A DNA stretch of 61,544 nt, counting the filler, from Asterionella formosa (lineage: Eukaryota): NCBI GenBank assembly GCA_002256025.1. It is 5 parts of 5 records of this genome, joined end to end, with 100 filler letters (N's around TTAATTAATTAA, not from the genome) between each part and the next. Parts side by side here need not be neighbours in the genome. Positions count along the whole stretch, not along the records: positions 12,349 to 24,596 come from NKIB01007691.1; 4 more parts are not named here. One strand, 5' to 3'. The notes beneath the pieces were generated by a model, which was given only the letters and a program-made list of their open reading frames with translations, was not told where the DNA came from and made no database searches. Shown in pieces: positions 12,349 through 23,586 of this stretch (the stretch's first letter is position 1; each line of letters opens with the position of its first letter). A program made the position numbers and the translations under genes.

Positions 12349-13721
12349 CCTTTCAATTCGTTGAGGCTGATTGTTGTCATGCCCTCGACGACTGTAACAA
12401 CCTCGCTGTACTCCACTGGAAGCTTGTCGATTACGTTCGCAATCACTTCCATTTCTTTCTTCTCAAATGACGGGTCGATCGCCATCATCTTGCTTTGTAT
12501 TAGATCGAGCTCGATGAACCATTCGTCTGGATCAGAGGAGCTATCGTTCAGCTTGCATTTGTTGAAATCGCTTGCCAGCTGGATCAGGTCCGACACAGAA
12601 CGTTTTCGTTTTGGCTTGGTTTACGAGTCCGAAGGCGATTCCGGTGCAGCTCATGATGAGCAACTGGTACGCCTTGTCGTTGGCCTCGTAGATAGCCCTG
12701 ACTCCTTTGTCTGTCTCCAATTCGTACTCTTCGTCAGAACACGGGTTATGGTTCTTGGAGTACATCGTTCGGAATCCTCTTGCCTTCGCCAGAGCGAGCG
12801 TTTTAACGCTCCACTGGTACCAGTTCGTTTCGTTGCCATCAAACTTGATGAGCCTCATGCTCTCTTCAGACATTTCTGTAGACATGTTAAAACACTTAAG
12901 TCCGTTTATAAACGTGTTAAAGCATTACCTTTTGTATAGATCTATATCGTTAGACAAAGAAGACTATAGATAGAGACGTTCGTTTCTCTTTCCGTTTCTA
13001 TGTTCTTATTGTGAGTTTACTAATCTAGTTTAGGTTGTTCTGTTTGAACAAAACAAACGAACTATTCTCCAAATGCTGTTTGCATTTCTAGGAACATACA
13101 ATCATGGATAGACCCATGTCTATCTCACACTTACTGATCATAGGTATTTAACCATGATCATTCATTTCAAACTATCGGTCTTCCCAAATAGCTTATGTTG
13201 TCCGGCTCATTATAGTCGGAGTAGCAAAGTATAATGTGTGGTTGATGAGAGCTTGGTACATCAAAGTGGACTCATTCGAATCGTTTGACTCGTTTTACTC
13301 CGAGTCCTAACTACGTAGATGAGCTCACTTTAACATACCGGTACTGGAACCATTGAAAAACTGCTGTGACGAGTTATCTGTTCGGTTGATTAGTTCGACT
13401 AAACCATTCCATCCTTGTAGTCAAGACCCAACTATTATGTCTTAGCACCAGTTAGGCACAGATAAGACTGGTCATGAAATGACTATCACTCCCATACATT
13501 TCCTTTCATTCACACATTCACCAGTGTGAATTCCCTTGCTTGAAGTGGTTCATTTAGGTTGTGATCTCGTTCAACCACATTGGATATGGAGAGCTACATT
13601 CCGGTTGCATAGACTCTACTCTCCCAATTCAAGTTGCAAGTACTACTCTACTCTGTTTCTACCATTTCAGAGTCCTTTACAACAAGGTTCCCCCTTTTGT
13701 CTCAACTTAGTTTAAATATCA
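12349..13721 (-). mobile_element. 5' part of a Ty1/Copia (CoDi-like) LTR retrotransposon: disrupted gag plus 5' UTR/LTR region, truncated by scaffold end
   Basis: gag-like peptides IKFDGNETNWYQWSVKTLALAKARG...AYQLLIMSC..IAFGLV (12885-12600) and, after a frameshift, FNKCKLNDSSSDPDEWFIELD...VIDKLPVEYSEVV. Candidate LTR start TGATATTT (minus strand) near 13721; LTR/PBS boundary not resolved. Confidence 0.75.
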
Positions 13722-14090
13722 TCACAGATTACCGGTAACCCCATTTGGTTTTCGCAAAAAAAATTAAGAATTTTCGCATCCAGATTTAATGTGAGAAGCT
13801 ATATATATCACAATTACACCCAAATCTAATACTGGGATGCATATTGTGAGCTAAAACTTGTATACCAGCAAGTTGCAGTAATTTTGCTTATTTGTGTACT
13901 CATTCACAAAAACAACAAATATTCCCTGACTCAGCAGCCATTGAGAAATCAAAGTATCAAACTTCTAACAGCTTGCGCCTGCAGGCCATATAAAGGACAA
14001 CAACTGGACAAAATTCGATAAATTCAGATAATTCGGGACAAATCATGTTCTGACAAATTGTAATTTTGGGTTGAATTATTTAGGGACTAT

Positions 14091-14655
14091 GTTAGTTTCA
14101 GCAAATTGACTCTTCTTTAAGCAAAATTTTGCTTAAACTAAACAAACCTACCAGTACCTGTTCTTCCTTAGTAATTCATTTGAACATGCTGCCGACGTCA
14201 TCACTGAAGGAAATTGAGTTACCAGGTACCACTGGTACCCTGGTACCAGGACACTCCTGTTGGCACACCATGCCACAGCTTGCCAAGTAGAATCAACCCT
14301 CTATTGCCCTGGTCATTGTTGTGTTTTTCCTGTTTTGAAGATATCATTGAAGGTCAAGGCGCTGAGATACTAACCCTTCTAGGAGGACATGATAATTTGC
14401 TGGTAATGGGTCACAGCAGCACTTTAATTTTTATAATAATTATACATACTACCATTATGATCACAGATTACCGGTACTCCATTTGGTTTTCGCGATGTTA
14501 GTTTAAGCAAATTGACACTACTTTAAGCAAAATTCGCTAAAAAAACAAAAATACCGGTACCCGTTATTCCTTAATTCATTTGAACATGCTGTCTACGTCA
14601 TTACGGAAACAAATTGTGTTACCAGGTACCACTGGTACCCTGGTACCATGACATA
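14091..14655 (+). repeat. Diverged direct repeat of about 160 bp (14091-14253 vs 14498-14655); also 13722-13755 matches 14461-14493
   Basis: Both copies read gttagttt(c/a)agcaaattgac...aattcatttgaacatgctg...ttaccaggtaccactggtaccctggtacca. Confidence 0.85.
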
Positions 14656-17600
14656 CGGAAAACGTGCTTGTACACATTGAAGTGAATTTTAGACACACGT
14701 TTCAACATTCGCCGCCAAAACTAATTATGTTAACGTCCTTTGGGATGGGCTGGCGGGGTAAAACGCATGCACACCGGCCTTCCCATCGAGGAAACTTTTA
14801 ACTTAAGGTTGCTGCATTTGAACCCCTAGCTCGAGGTAGGGTTATTAAAATAAAATTGAGTCAGACTAATCAAACACATACTTTCCAAATATAAATTAAA
14901 TATGTGTAACGCTCAATGGAGCTTTCACCAATAGACACCCTTTCCATATGTTAAAATACAGTCTTCGGAAAAAGTAGGGGTGTTGGTCCACTCAATACAT
15001 CGTCAGTATATCATAGGATCTGGTCAGAAACTGCAGAAAGGAATTTCGGTTTTTTAACTATGCTAAAAAGACTCGAAAATTCGGGGGAAATCTGTTTAAT
15101 TGGCATAGAAAAAAAGCGAAGTTCCTTTCCACAGTGTCTCACCAGAAGTCATATACTGATGCTATTTGAAAGTTACCTATGTATCTAAATCGCTGTCAGA
15201 CCCAGCCAACGTTTAGTTATCGTCGTCCAAAAACTCGACAAAATCGGCCTTTTCTACGGCCGTCAAAATATCGGAATCAGAATTATTAAGTGCCGAAACG
15301 TCATCATCGGAGTGGTAGTCGTGTGCCGGAATTTTAGTCCTAAAAGTGGTCGATCGGAGTATAGATTGTAGTACTGGGATATGCACAGCAAGCGATGTAG
15401 AATCTAAATATATGAAGTGATTTGAATATGTCTAACGGATTCAATGCATAACATATGAAATCGTTAATCGGAGTATAGAGTGTCCATGCATATATGTTGA
15501 TCGTATTTTTAGGGTATATATACATACAGCGACTCAGAGTGTTTATATATATATATATATTTAGCGGTCTCGACAAGGAATCTATGTACGTATTCGCAAA
15601 TTTCCACTGATTTAAATATTTCAAATGGAATCAAGTCATTCAAAAATAGCTAATTAAATTCTTAAATTTAGTTAATTTTTATAACAATTGTGGACTCAAT
15701 CGAAAAGTACTCTGAGTAAGGTGACTTGGTGGTGGAAACAACGATATGACGATGACGATCACATGATACAACTGTTCTAAACAGATAAAAAGTGAATTAT
15801 AAGTCAATTTTTGTTTTGGGCCTGATCTCTTGTAGACAATGGAGCATTGTACGTCTGCAAATAAAAAGTATCGTGCATATAGGATCAAGGGTATGGTACG
15901 CTAAGTGGCACAGGATTTTCGTATGTATGACAATTTTTGGATCAAAACTATGATCAAGGTATCCTATAACTATGATGATTTATTAATATTCTACCAACCT
16001 TGAATTATGACGAGAATGAGAAATTTATGATCACACAATGTATATCAACTGATCAACAACATTTCTCATCAATATCATAAACCTTCTCAAATTAATTTCA
16101 ATTCTCGTGATCGCCAGATGTAAATTATTACTACAATGCATCCTAAAATCAGCTCAACTCTTTGCTATCATGTGAATTGTTTCATCGTAAATCTATCTTA
16201 AACATGATCATACTTCTAATCACAAGCATTGTTCAAAATGGATTGGAATGGATTGAAATTGAATTAAAAAATTTAACAATGATATTTCTGTTTTGACAGC
16301 TACCCGAGGAATGTTTCTCTCCTCTCCACTCGTCTCAATGTATATTCCTGTCTCGCCCATTTCTTCCTCTTTTCTGAATCTTGTGCCAAGCAATACCTTA
16401 CTAATGTTGCTTCTCTCTCCATGCTGTTAGTGTCACTCTGAACTCGCCGACTATTCCGTTGTTTGATCGGTTTTATTGTCCTATGTAGTTACAGTGACAA
16501 TGAGAAGGAATGACTTGTTAGCTAGTCATTTTACACTGACACAACATCACGCCATTCCATCGTATCCACTTGCTTGCTTCACTTACCGCAAGTCAAAGGA
16601 AGCGATGCATAAGTCTGTAATAGTAAATTGTCAGTAAATTCTTGAATAAGTAAGTTTGAGGTTTCCAATGTTGTCGAATAAAACTTACTGATTCATTTTC
16701 GTAAGCTTAACTTTGAGAGAAGGTAAACATGGCGTGTCCGTCAGTTATGTTCCATTAGAATTGAATAGGTCCAATGACAAGAGCACTTACCAATTTTTTT
16801 TGTTTTACATTGGTGCTCCCCAACAAGCGAAACGAGCTGTTGAATCAACTGAGAAAAAAGGAAATGTGCGTTTTGCTTACAATTTGTTGTTGTCCTGCCT
16901 CCCAGTGATTGTCATCCAAGTACCACATTGATGGCTTCATTACTATGAAAAACATGAGAGGGATGAAAGAATCATTGGGTTGAATGCAGAAAGAATACAT
17001 TTTTGCATAAAAGTGTCGGAAAATGCATAAACCGTCAGTCAGGGGAGTTCGTGATCATTTCCGCGATGCGAAATTTTGATTCGCGTAAAGAACAAGCAGA
17101 CTATTGTTGAATGGCTGAAAGTATGTCTATAGTAAGCTGTCAAATGACCTTATCAAGATTCCATAGAAATATGTACCACGACAATTAGTGCCTACACGAA
17201 ACTCACTACAAAATTGAAGTAGAGGAATTTGTTGCATCTTGAAATGATGTACCTTCTCCAAGAATACTGTCGCTCAGGTTTTCTCATCGATTTCTACAAA
17301 ACGTAGGAAGCCTTATCTAGTCAAAGTTATCAAGCTAATCACCGCGGACTCAACACTGTCGCTACTTTAGTCATATCTTTAAAACTGAGCAAATGACGAC
17401 TGCCGATTTCAAATTTTTGTTGTCAATACTAGGGCAAAAAATTTTTGTATTGAACGATAATCTCGTCTATGTTAGTCTGTATACACGTGCGAAATAGGAA
17501 TTGTTCATTGTCAATATTCGTGAAGATATTCAACTCCATAATTTCGTCATGGTCAAGATGGAGTTGCTGTCTCATTGACCCCATACCACAGGCAGCTGTA

Positions 17601-17874
17601 CAAACACACATGGAAGTACTGCCTGATGGTATCTGGTACCCAGTATTAAGCATGCCAAGCATATTCATTATGCATGCCAAGCATATTTAATATACATCAC
17701 TATATACATATGTTGTGGTACCAGCAGTTGGAATTAACATGTAATCCTGTAGGTCTGTCATTACTAGCTACTTGGCAGTAAAAGTCCACATCATATATCA
17801 TATTGGCATTATACTTGGAATTGTTGTGTGTTTCCATGAATTACTTTTGTCAAAAGTCGCTCCACAAATACGAA

Positions 17875-19380
17875 ATGTCTAGTTCTTCCAACTCATCTCA
17901 CAATTAATCCTCCTCTGAGGAGGGTGATAGCATCTTGCAGAGTTCAGGAGATAGTTCGTCAGATGATAGTGCTTCCTCTTCTCGGAAAAAGGGGTAGATC
18001 CCATTAGCTTTTCCATCCTGCCATTGTCACCTGCAGGCGACACTCCAGCACGCACTGACAATTTTCCTCTTCCCCATGGCGACACTCCTTGGTGCTGGGA
18101 ACCGGACTCACCAGACTTTATCATATAGACAATGACTGATTATACTTTAGCTTGTCGCAAGGCTGTCAAGAAGATTTGGCCAAATGCCGAATTTACATTT
18201 GGTATGTGCTCTTATCATGCCTGGAATGCATGAGTAAAGAAGCATAGAGGAAAGTTCAAGAAATACAAAAAAAACAAAAAGAGAATGGGTGAAGACTTCG
18301 AGGCATATGAAAGAAGTCCCTGGATACAGCTAGTCCCAATCCTCCGCGATTTGATGATTTTCAAGTGGATCAACACATACAAGGAAAAGAAAGTTGCAAC
18401 TGCATGGTTGAAACAATGGGGTCCCACCATTCACACCAGAATTGAATTGAACCGTTCCAATCTACTTCGTGGTGGTTTGCCTGCACACAACAACACTTCA
18501 GAGGGCATCAACAGTGGTGATAAATCATTCTTTGACCACAGGAAGCCTTTAACAGCTAACTTCATTCATGACATGTCTTACATGTTAGAAGATCATTCCA
18601 AAGGGGATCTATCATTTTGCTCCACTTTACACTCATCGGTACACTCGATAAATTTCTACAAGTCTATTTATAAGCTTCTTGAGAAAAGCCAAAATGGGGA
18701 AGCTACATTTCTCACAGTGACATTTGATTTCAAGTGTGATTCAATTAGAATCGGAGGGGGTTCATTGTTAATTACGACATCGTCATTTGTGGACCTAAAT
18801 ATTATGTCCTCTATGCAAACAATGCAGTCCCAGAATACTGCAGCTGCATTGTCACAGCACAGTCAACTATCCCAATCTCGAAAGAGATATCTTTATATCG
18901 GGAACACAGAATCAGTTACTGCACTAACGGTTGTGCAATTGATAAAGAAGAACAAAATTCATGATGAATACAAGTGCCTTCTCCGAAATCCTGAACAGTA
19001 TTCTGCTAACCACACATTTGATGATGTCCTTTCCCTCACCCGCAGGTTTCACCTTATTGAACCTATTGTTTCCAAGAGTGAAAACGATGATGTTGCTCTA
19101 ACTAACTTTTTAGTAATTTTGGGAGCGTGTGGATTGGAACCCATTTCGATTAATAGCTTGAAAGCAATGGGCAATGAAGGCCTCGTATCTTGCCATTGTC
19201 AGTCACGCGTATTTAGCAAACGCGTGGTGTAAACATGCATGTGCTTTTGCATTTGACTGTGGAATTATTTCTACCTTTCCAAAGACAATGCATCCAAAGC
19301 CTAGTATTAAGAATAAAGGTTCTGGATGAATCAAAAATGCGATATGTGGAGGTAACTTAGATATTAAAGAATGATAACGT
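17875..19380 (+). pseudogene. MULE/Mutator-like transposase, C-terminal half (second D, CxxH, E, SWIM), degenerate
   Basis: In frame from 18132: MTDYTLACRKAVKKIWP...GMCSYHAW, then a stop, then the 18285 ORF with HNNTSEGIN. SWIM CHC...(frameshift)...WCKH at about 19190-19240. Ser/acidic leader from ATG 17875. Confidence 0.7.
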
Positions 19381-19456
19381 GGAGGTTACTTAGATATTAA
19401 AGGATGATAAATTTAGAAAAGCACTGGTAGTAGTGATGATATAAAAGTTATCATTA

Positions 19457-20678
19457 TTAGAAAGGAATATCATTAGTTTTCCTATACCTAACAAGCTCTT
19501 CCAAGGCAGACTTAATCGACGCGAATATGAATCTTTGTGCTTTGTGGTGTTCATGGCTTATCACTCCATATGCAATTGTTTTTGTTTGTTGAGCCAAGTT
19601 GGTTGTAATAACTGGAAAAACGCCGTTTCCTTCTTGTGTCAGTCTGTAAGATGCATCAGCAGCAAAGAAGATTGGATCGCCCCAGAATTGCTGTCTGCAC
19701 GCATTCAGCAACAAATTCTCGGTTGTTAGTACAGCTACCAAAGAGTCGTCTTCTGGTCGACAGTCTATGCCAAGTAGGTACATCGAATGTTGCATGAAAT
19801 TAAAGATATTCTCCTTCTTATATGATTCAAGGACAGCAGCGATTCCTCCCCATTTTTTGTCTTGACCATTTATTAGCCCAACCGATTTATTGCATAAGCG
19901 AGTGAGTTGTCGTTTCATGCACTTTTTCAATTATTCATCAACAGGAATTCCTTTGCCCTAGCCTCAGCAATGTAACGTGCTGGTTTCATGTTCAATTTAT
20001 TCGTGGAAGTAATTAACACAGACTGATAGTATTTGTGAATACGTTTTCTTATGCCATCTTTGACAACATTATGTTGTGTGTGTTTTAAGTCACCAATCTC
20101 AATTGTGGTCAAATTTGTTTTGGTATTGAATAATTCCCGAATTACAAAGGGACATTTACAGGAATGGAAAAATGTGCATCTTTTCTTTGTAACTCTAATG
20201 CCATCAGCTCTAAGGTATGGATGATCTTTTGATAACCACATCAGACTCCCGCCACCTCCAAAATTCCGTTTTTCCAAATCGCAAAGAATACCTTCAACCT
20301 CCCCAATCTTGACATCCATAGCAAAATAATTATTCACCCACACCTCGACTTTTTTCATTTGGTGGAGTGACAAGAACACCGTCATCAAGTGCTAAAAGAA
20401 CCTCGCTTTCCAAGATACCAGGCTCTTGCTTCTGTGACAGTTCCCATTAAACCTTCGATTTCTTCGATATCACAGTTGTTGAAGTCATCCTTGTTACCCT
20501 CTTCAAATTTAGGCTGTTTTTCGATACCAGAACTGTCAGTACTATCACTGTCGCTATGACTGTTACTGTGACTGTGACTGTCATCTTCGTCAGCCACTTC
20601 TTCGCTTTCATCTGAGATATCTTCCATCCCAGTGGTTTTCAAACCACCGGGTTGGGATGTAAACATTTGTCTCAACAT
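19457..20678 (-). pseudogene. MULE/Mutator-like transposase, N-terminal half (acidic leader, Cys/His DNA-binding domain, first catalytic D), degenerate
   Basis: Three frame-shifted ORFs: acidic leader; RCTFFHSCKCPF...KHTQH; LTTENLL...FAADASYRL...FPVITT...TIAYGVISHE. Ends KTNDIPF-stop. Confidence 0.7.
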
Positions 20679-21129
20679 GGAGGAGCGTCTATAATTTAAA
20701 TTAATATATAGTTTTCTCCTCTATATCAACCCAAAAATTCCTTGCTTGGCGGTATATCAATGTGGGTACCGGTACATCACAAGTAAAATAATTCATACAG
20801 TAACACGCCTTCTTTTTTTTGCTATTGTTTTATGTCGCTGCATGCATCTAAGCCGCGTATTAGTGGTAGAAAATGATCTTTAGCATTTCCACGTAATGAA
20901 CCCACAACAATCAATCTCAACTTGGGTACCGGTATCGAAACCCATAACAGGACATCCTTTGTGCTGTTTGAACATACCTACAGTCATGGCGACTGATGGA
21001 GTCGCTTTGTACGAAAACGAACGTCATAGACTGGTGTCGTTGTTCAAATCGTTTTTACGTACCGGTACTGCGTAAAAACGGCATGTGCTCAAATTTTCGG
21101 CTAGTTTGAGCGGCGTCGCGGCGAAAATT

Positions 21130-21300
21130 GATGTACCAAAGAATTCAATTGATGTTGTCGGCGCCAAGGCAATTGTAGAGGCTGTCAAGGTCAATATTGA
21201 ATTGACTACAGTTGGTTTCGATTTTAATTCTATTGGTCTTGATGGCGCTGAGACCATCAACACAGGTCTTCAAGGTCGATACTCAGCAGAAAGGAGTTGA
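21130..21300 (+). pseudogene. Fragment of an RNI/NLRC3-like leucine-rich-repeat gene
   Basis: NSIDVVGAKAIVEAVKVNIELTTVGFDFNSIGLDGAETI fits the 28-aa LRR consensus NxIGxxGAxAIAxALxxNxxLTxL. Confidence 0.55.
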
Positions 21301-22004
21301 TTTCGAGTAATAATAATCATGTAGAAATATTGGGTTGCCTACTACTAGTAGTAGCTAGTAGCTTGTAGTTAGCTAGGACTAGTAGTACAGTTACCTAGCT
21401 AGTACCAGTAGTAACCTACATTACATGAAAACTGGGATGAGTGAGCTTTTTACCGGAAAAGCGTGAGTTCTTTATATGATGTGTACAACCGTAACACTTT
21501 GATCTCAGATGCATGACATTAGATACCACAAATATCCTTACTATTTCACTAAGTAAAATGCGTGTTGTGAATGAATTATCCTCAAGAGCAGGATCTTAGT
21601 TGAACTTTCAAATGAATTATTTGAAACATCAACTAATTCAGTCTCACGTTCAAAATTCATTATGAAAACTTTACATGAAACATTTAAAATTTCACATGAA
21701 ACCATTAAAAGTAATCTTTTTTACGTGAAGACTGGCATTGATGCATGTGAAGTACCACATAATTAACACTCCTCATATGCAGACGAAATTTCGAAAAGTG
21801 GCGTATTTCACGGCTGAGATGCAGGTGCCTCTGTGTTACTCCCAATAGTATGATTGTAGGAGGCATCATTTTTAGTATCCCAACAACGAAAAGATGCATT
21901 TCCATTGTTATTCAAATATGAAAATTTAACACGATTCGTACACCGGTAATGGTAGTTGGTCTCTTCCTCCTGTGTACAAAGTAGGTTACTTGACGTCAAC
22001 ATGG

Positions 22005-22153
22005 TGAAGTTAGCAGTTAGTGACTGCATGTCAGTACCGGTAGTCAGCAAATGAAGTCAGCAGTCAGCGAATTTATCAAATTTTCAGCACATTAAGTCAG
22101 CAGTTAGCAAAAAGAAGTCCACAGTCAGCAAGTTGAAGTTGGTAGTCAGCGAT
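22005..22153 (+). repeat. Cluster of short GTCAGCA/GTTAGCA motifs
   Basis: About 10 irregularly spaced copies of gt(c/t)agc in about 150 bp. Confidence 0.7.
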
Positions 22154-22910
22154 TCTGCTGTGAAAGGGGGCAGCGCTTTTCCATTTGAAACTTTATAATG
22201 GTTACAGGTAATATAAATACATGGAAATACTGTGAGATTTTTCATCATTTCGGAATTGGTGAGCCGGTCAGACTTCCAATGAAGTGGGTTGAAACCGCTA
22301 TGTGGAGTTTTTAGCATAAAGTGTGCCCAATTTTCTGATTACTGGACCTTCCAGGGTATATGCCAGTATATTAGTACACGTATGCAACATACCAGCATAC
22401 TGACTTGAAGTTGAGCAGAATAACGTTGTCATAATTGGGTTAGTGCTTGATACATTCTAAGTACCAGTAGTCAACACGGAATCCTACCATTTCTTTGTGT
22501 AGGTAACCACTTTGGTAAAAGTTACATAAACCACGTCGTAATCATGCATTTAGGTAAAACATATTTGGATGCATTTAGGCACAGAATCTCCTACCAGGTA
22601 CCAGTAATGCAAAGAACAACGCGTTTGAGTTGGGATTTTCACTCCCATTAGCATCGCATTTTAGGGTTACAGAAACCAAAACACTGTGTGGTTGGCATTT
22701 TTGTCCATGGTTAGCAGTGGCCTTCAGCCTTAAGTACCAAATGCTTACCAGTATTCCCTCAAATCGTAAGGAGCACAAGCCAAGCCTCCATGGAAGCGTG
22801 CCAGCACTTGGATAACGCACTCTTTCTATATATATCAAGTTCTGGATAATTAGCTGATAATCAACATTATTGCTCTTCACAATTTCAAGCACAATTTCCT
22901 TATGTCCCAG

Positions 22911-23015
22911 GTACCGGACACTCCTTTCGGCACATGCCAAGGCTTGCCAAGTAGAATCAACCCTTTATTGCCCTGGTCATTGTTGTGTTTGCTTAACGTT
23001 TCCCTGTTTTGAAGA
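22911..23015 (+). repeat. Dispersed direct repeat, second copy (first copy at about 14243-14341)
   Basis: Shared ggacactcct...gcttgccaagtagaatcaaccct(c/t)tattgccctggtcattgttgtgttt...cctgttttgaaga. Confidence 0.85.
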
Positions 23016-23586
23016 ATAAAATTAGCATAACCTATTATACTACAAGTGGTTTTCATACCATCAATGACTTTATAGAGTGAATTGATGACGTCTTCTATAT
23101 ATTTTGAATGCCTGTCCTGCGTTACGTTATCACAACTAGCAGATCTACACGTCTTCGTAGTTGTGGATTTGGTTTTGTAAGTAATAGGCACAACTGAGCT
23201 AATCAAAACTGACAAAATGTTGTGTTACTTACCATTTAGATCCAATCAAGTTTATGCATTAGGTGTTGCAATGAACAAAGATATCAGGTTGAACTCATCT
23301 TAGTTGGGCATCGTTGGTAATGATAAAACTGTAAAAAATACATGAATTGTCAAGAGATGATTCTTATCCCCATCTTAGTTCAGAGGGGCATCAATATAAT
23401 AATAATATAACTGTGGTCATTGTTATTAATCGTGATAAATATACATATAATTGAAGAGCTATCCTCTGCTCGAATCTAGAATAGAAGCTGCGATTCTGCC
23501 CACATTGCAGAAACCACAGATCGAAAGTTGATGTCGTAATCAAATCAACTGTCAGAAATGCATCCGAGATTCATGGCTTTACTTTT

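Noticed and set aside
12900..13721. Exact LTR end and primer-binding site of the Copia element
   Set aside because: No recognisable tRNA-complementary PBS found by eye, and the second LTR is outside the scaffold.
14091..14655. Direct repeats as a CRISPR array or an LTR pair
   Set aside because: Only two long diverged copies, no regular repeat-spacer pattern, eukaryotic context, and no TG...CA ends enclosing retroelement coding sequence.
15600..17450. Short ORFs in the AT-rich region
   Set aside because: Many stops and no motif; cannot be assigned.
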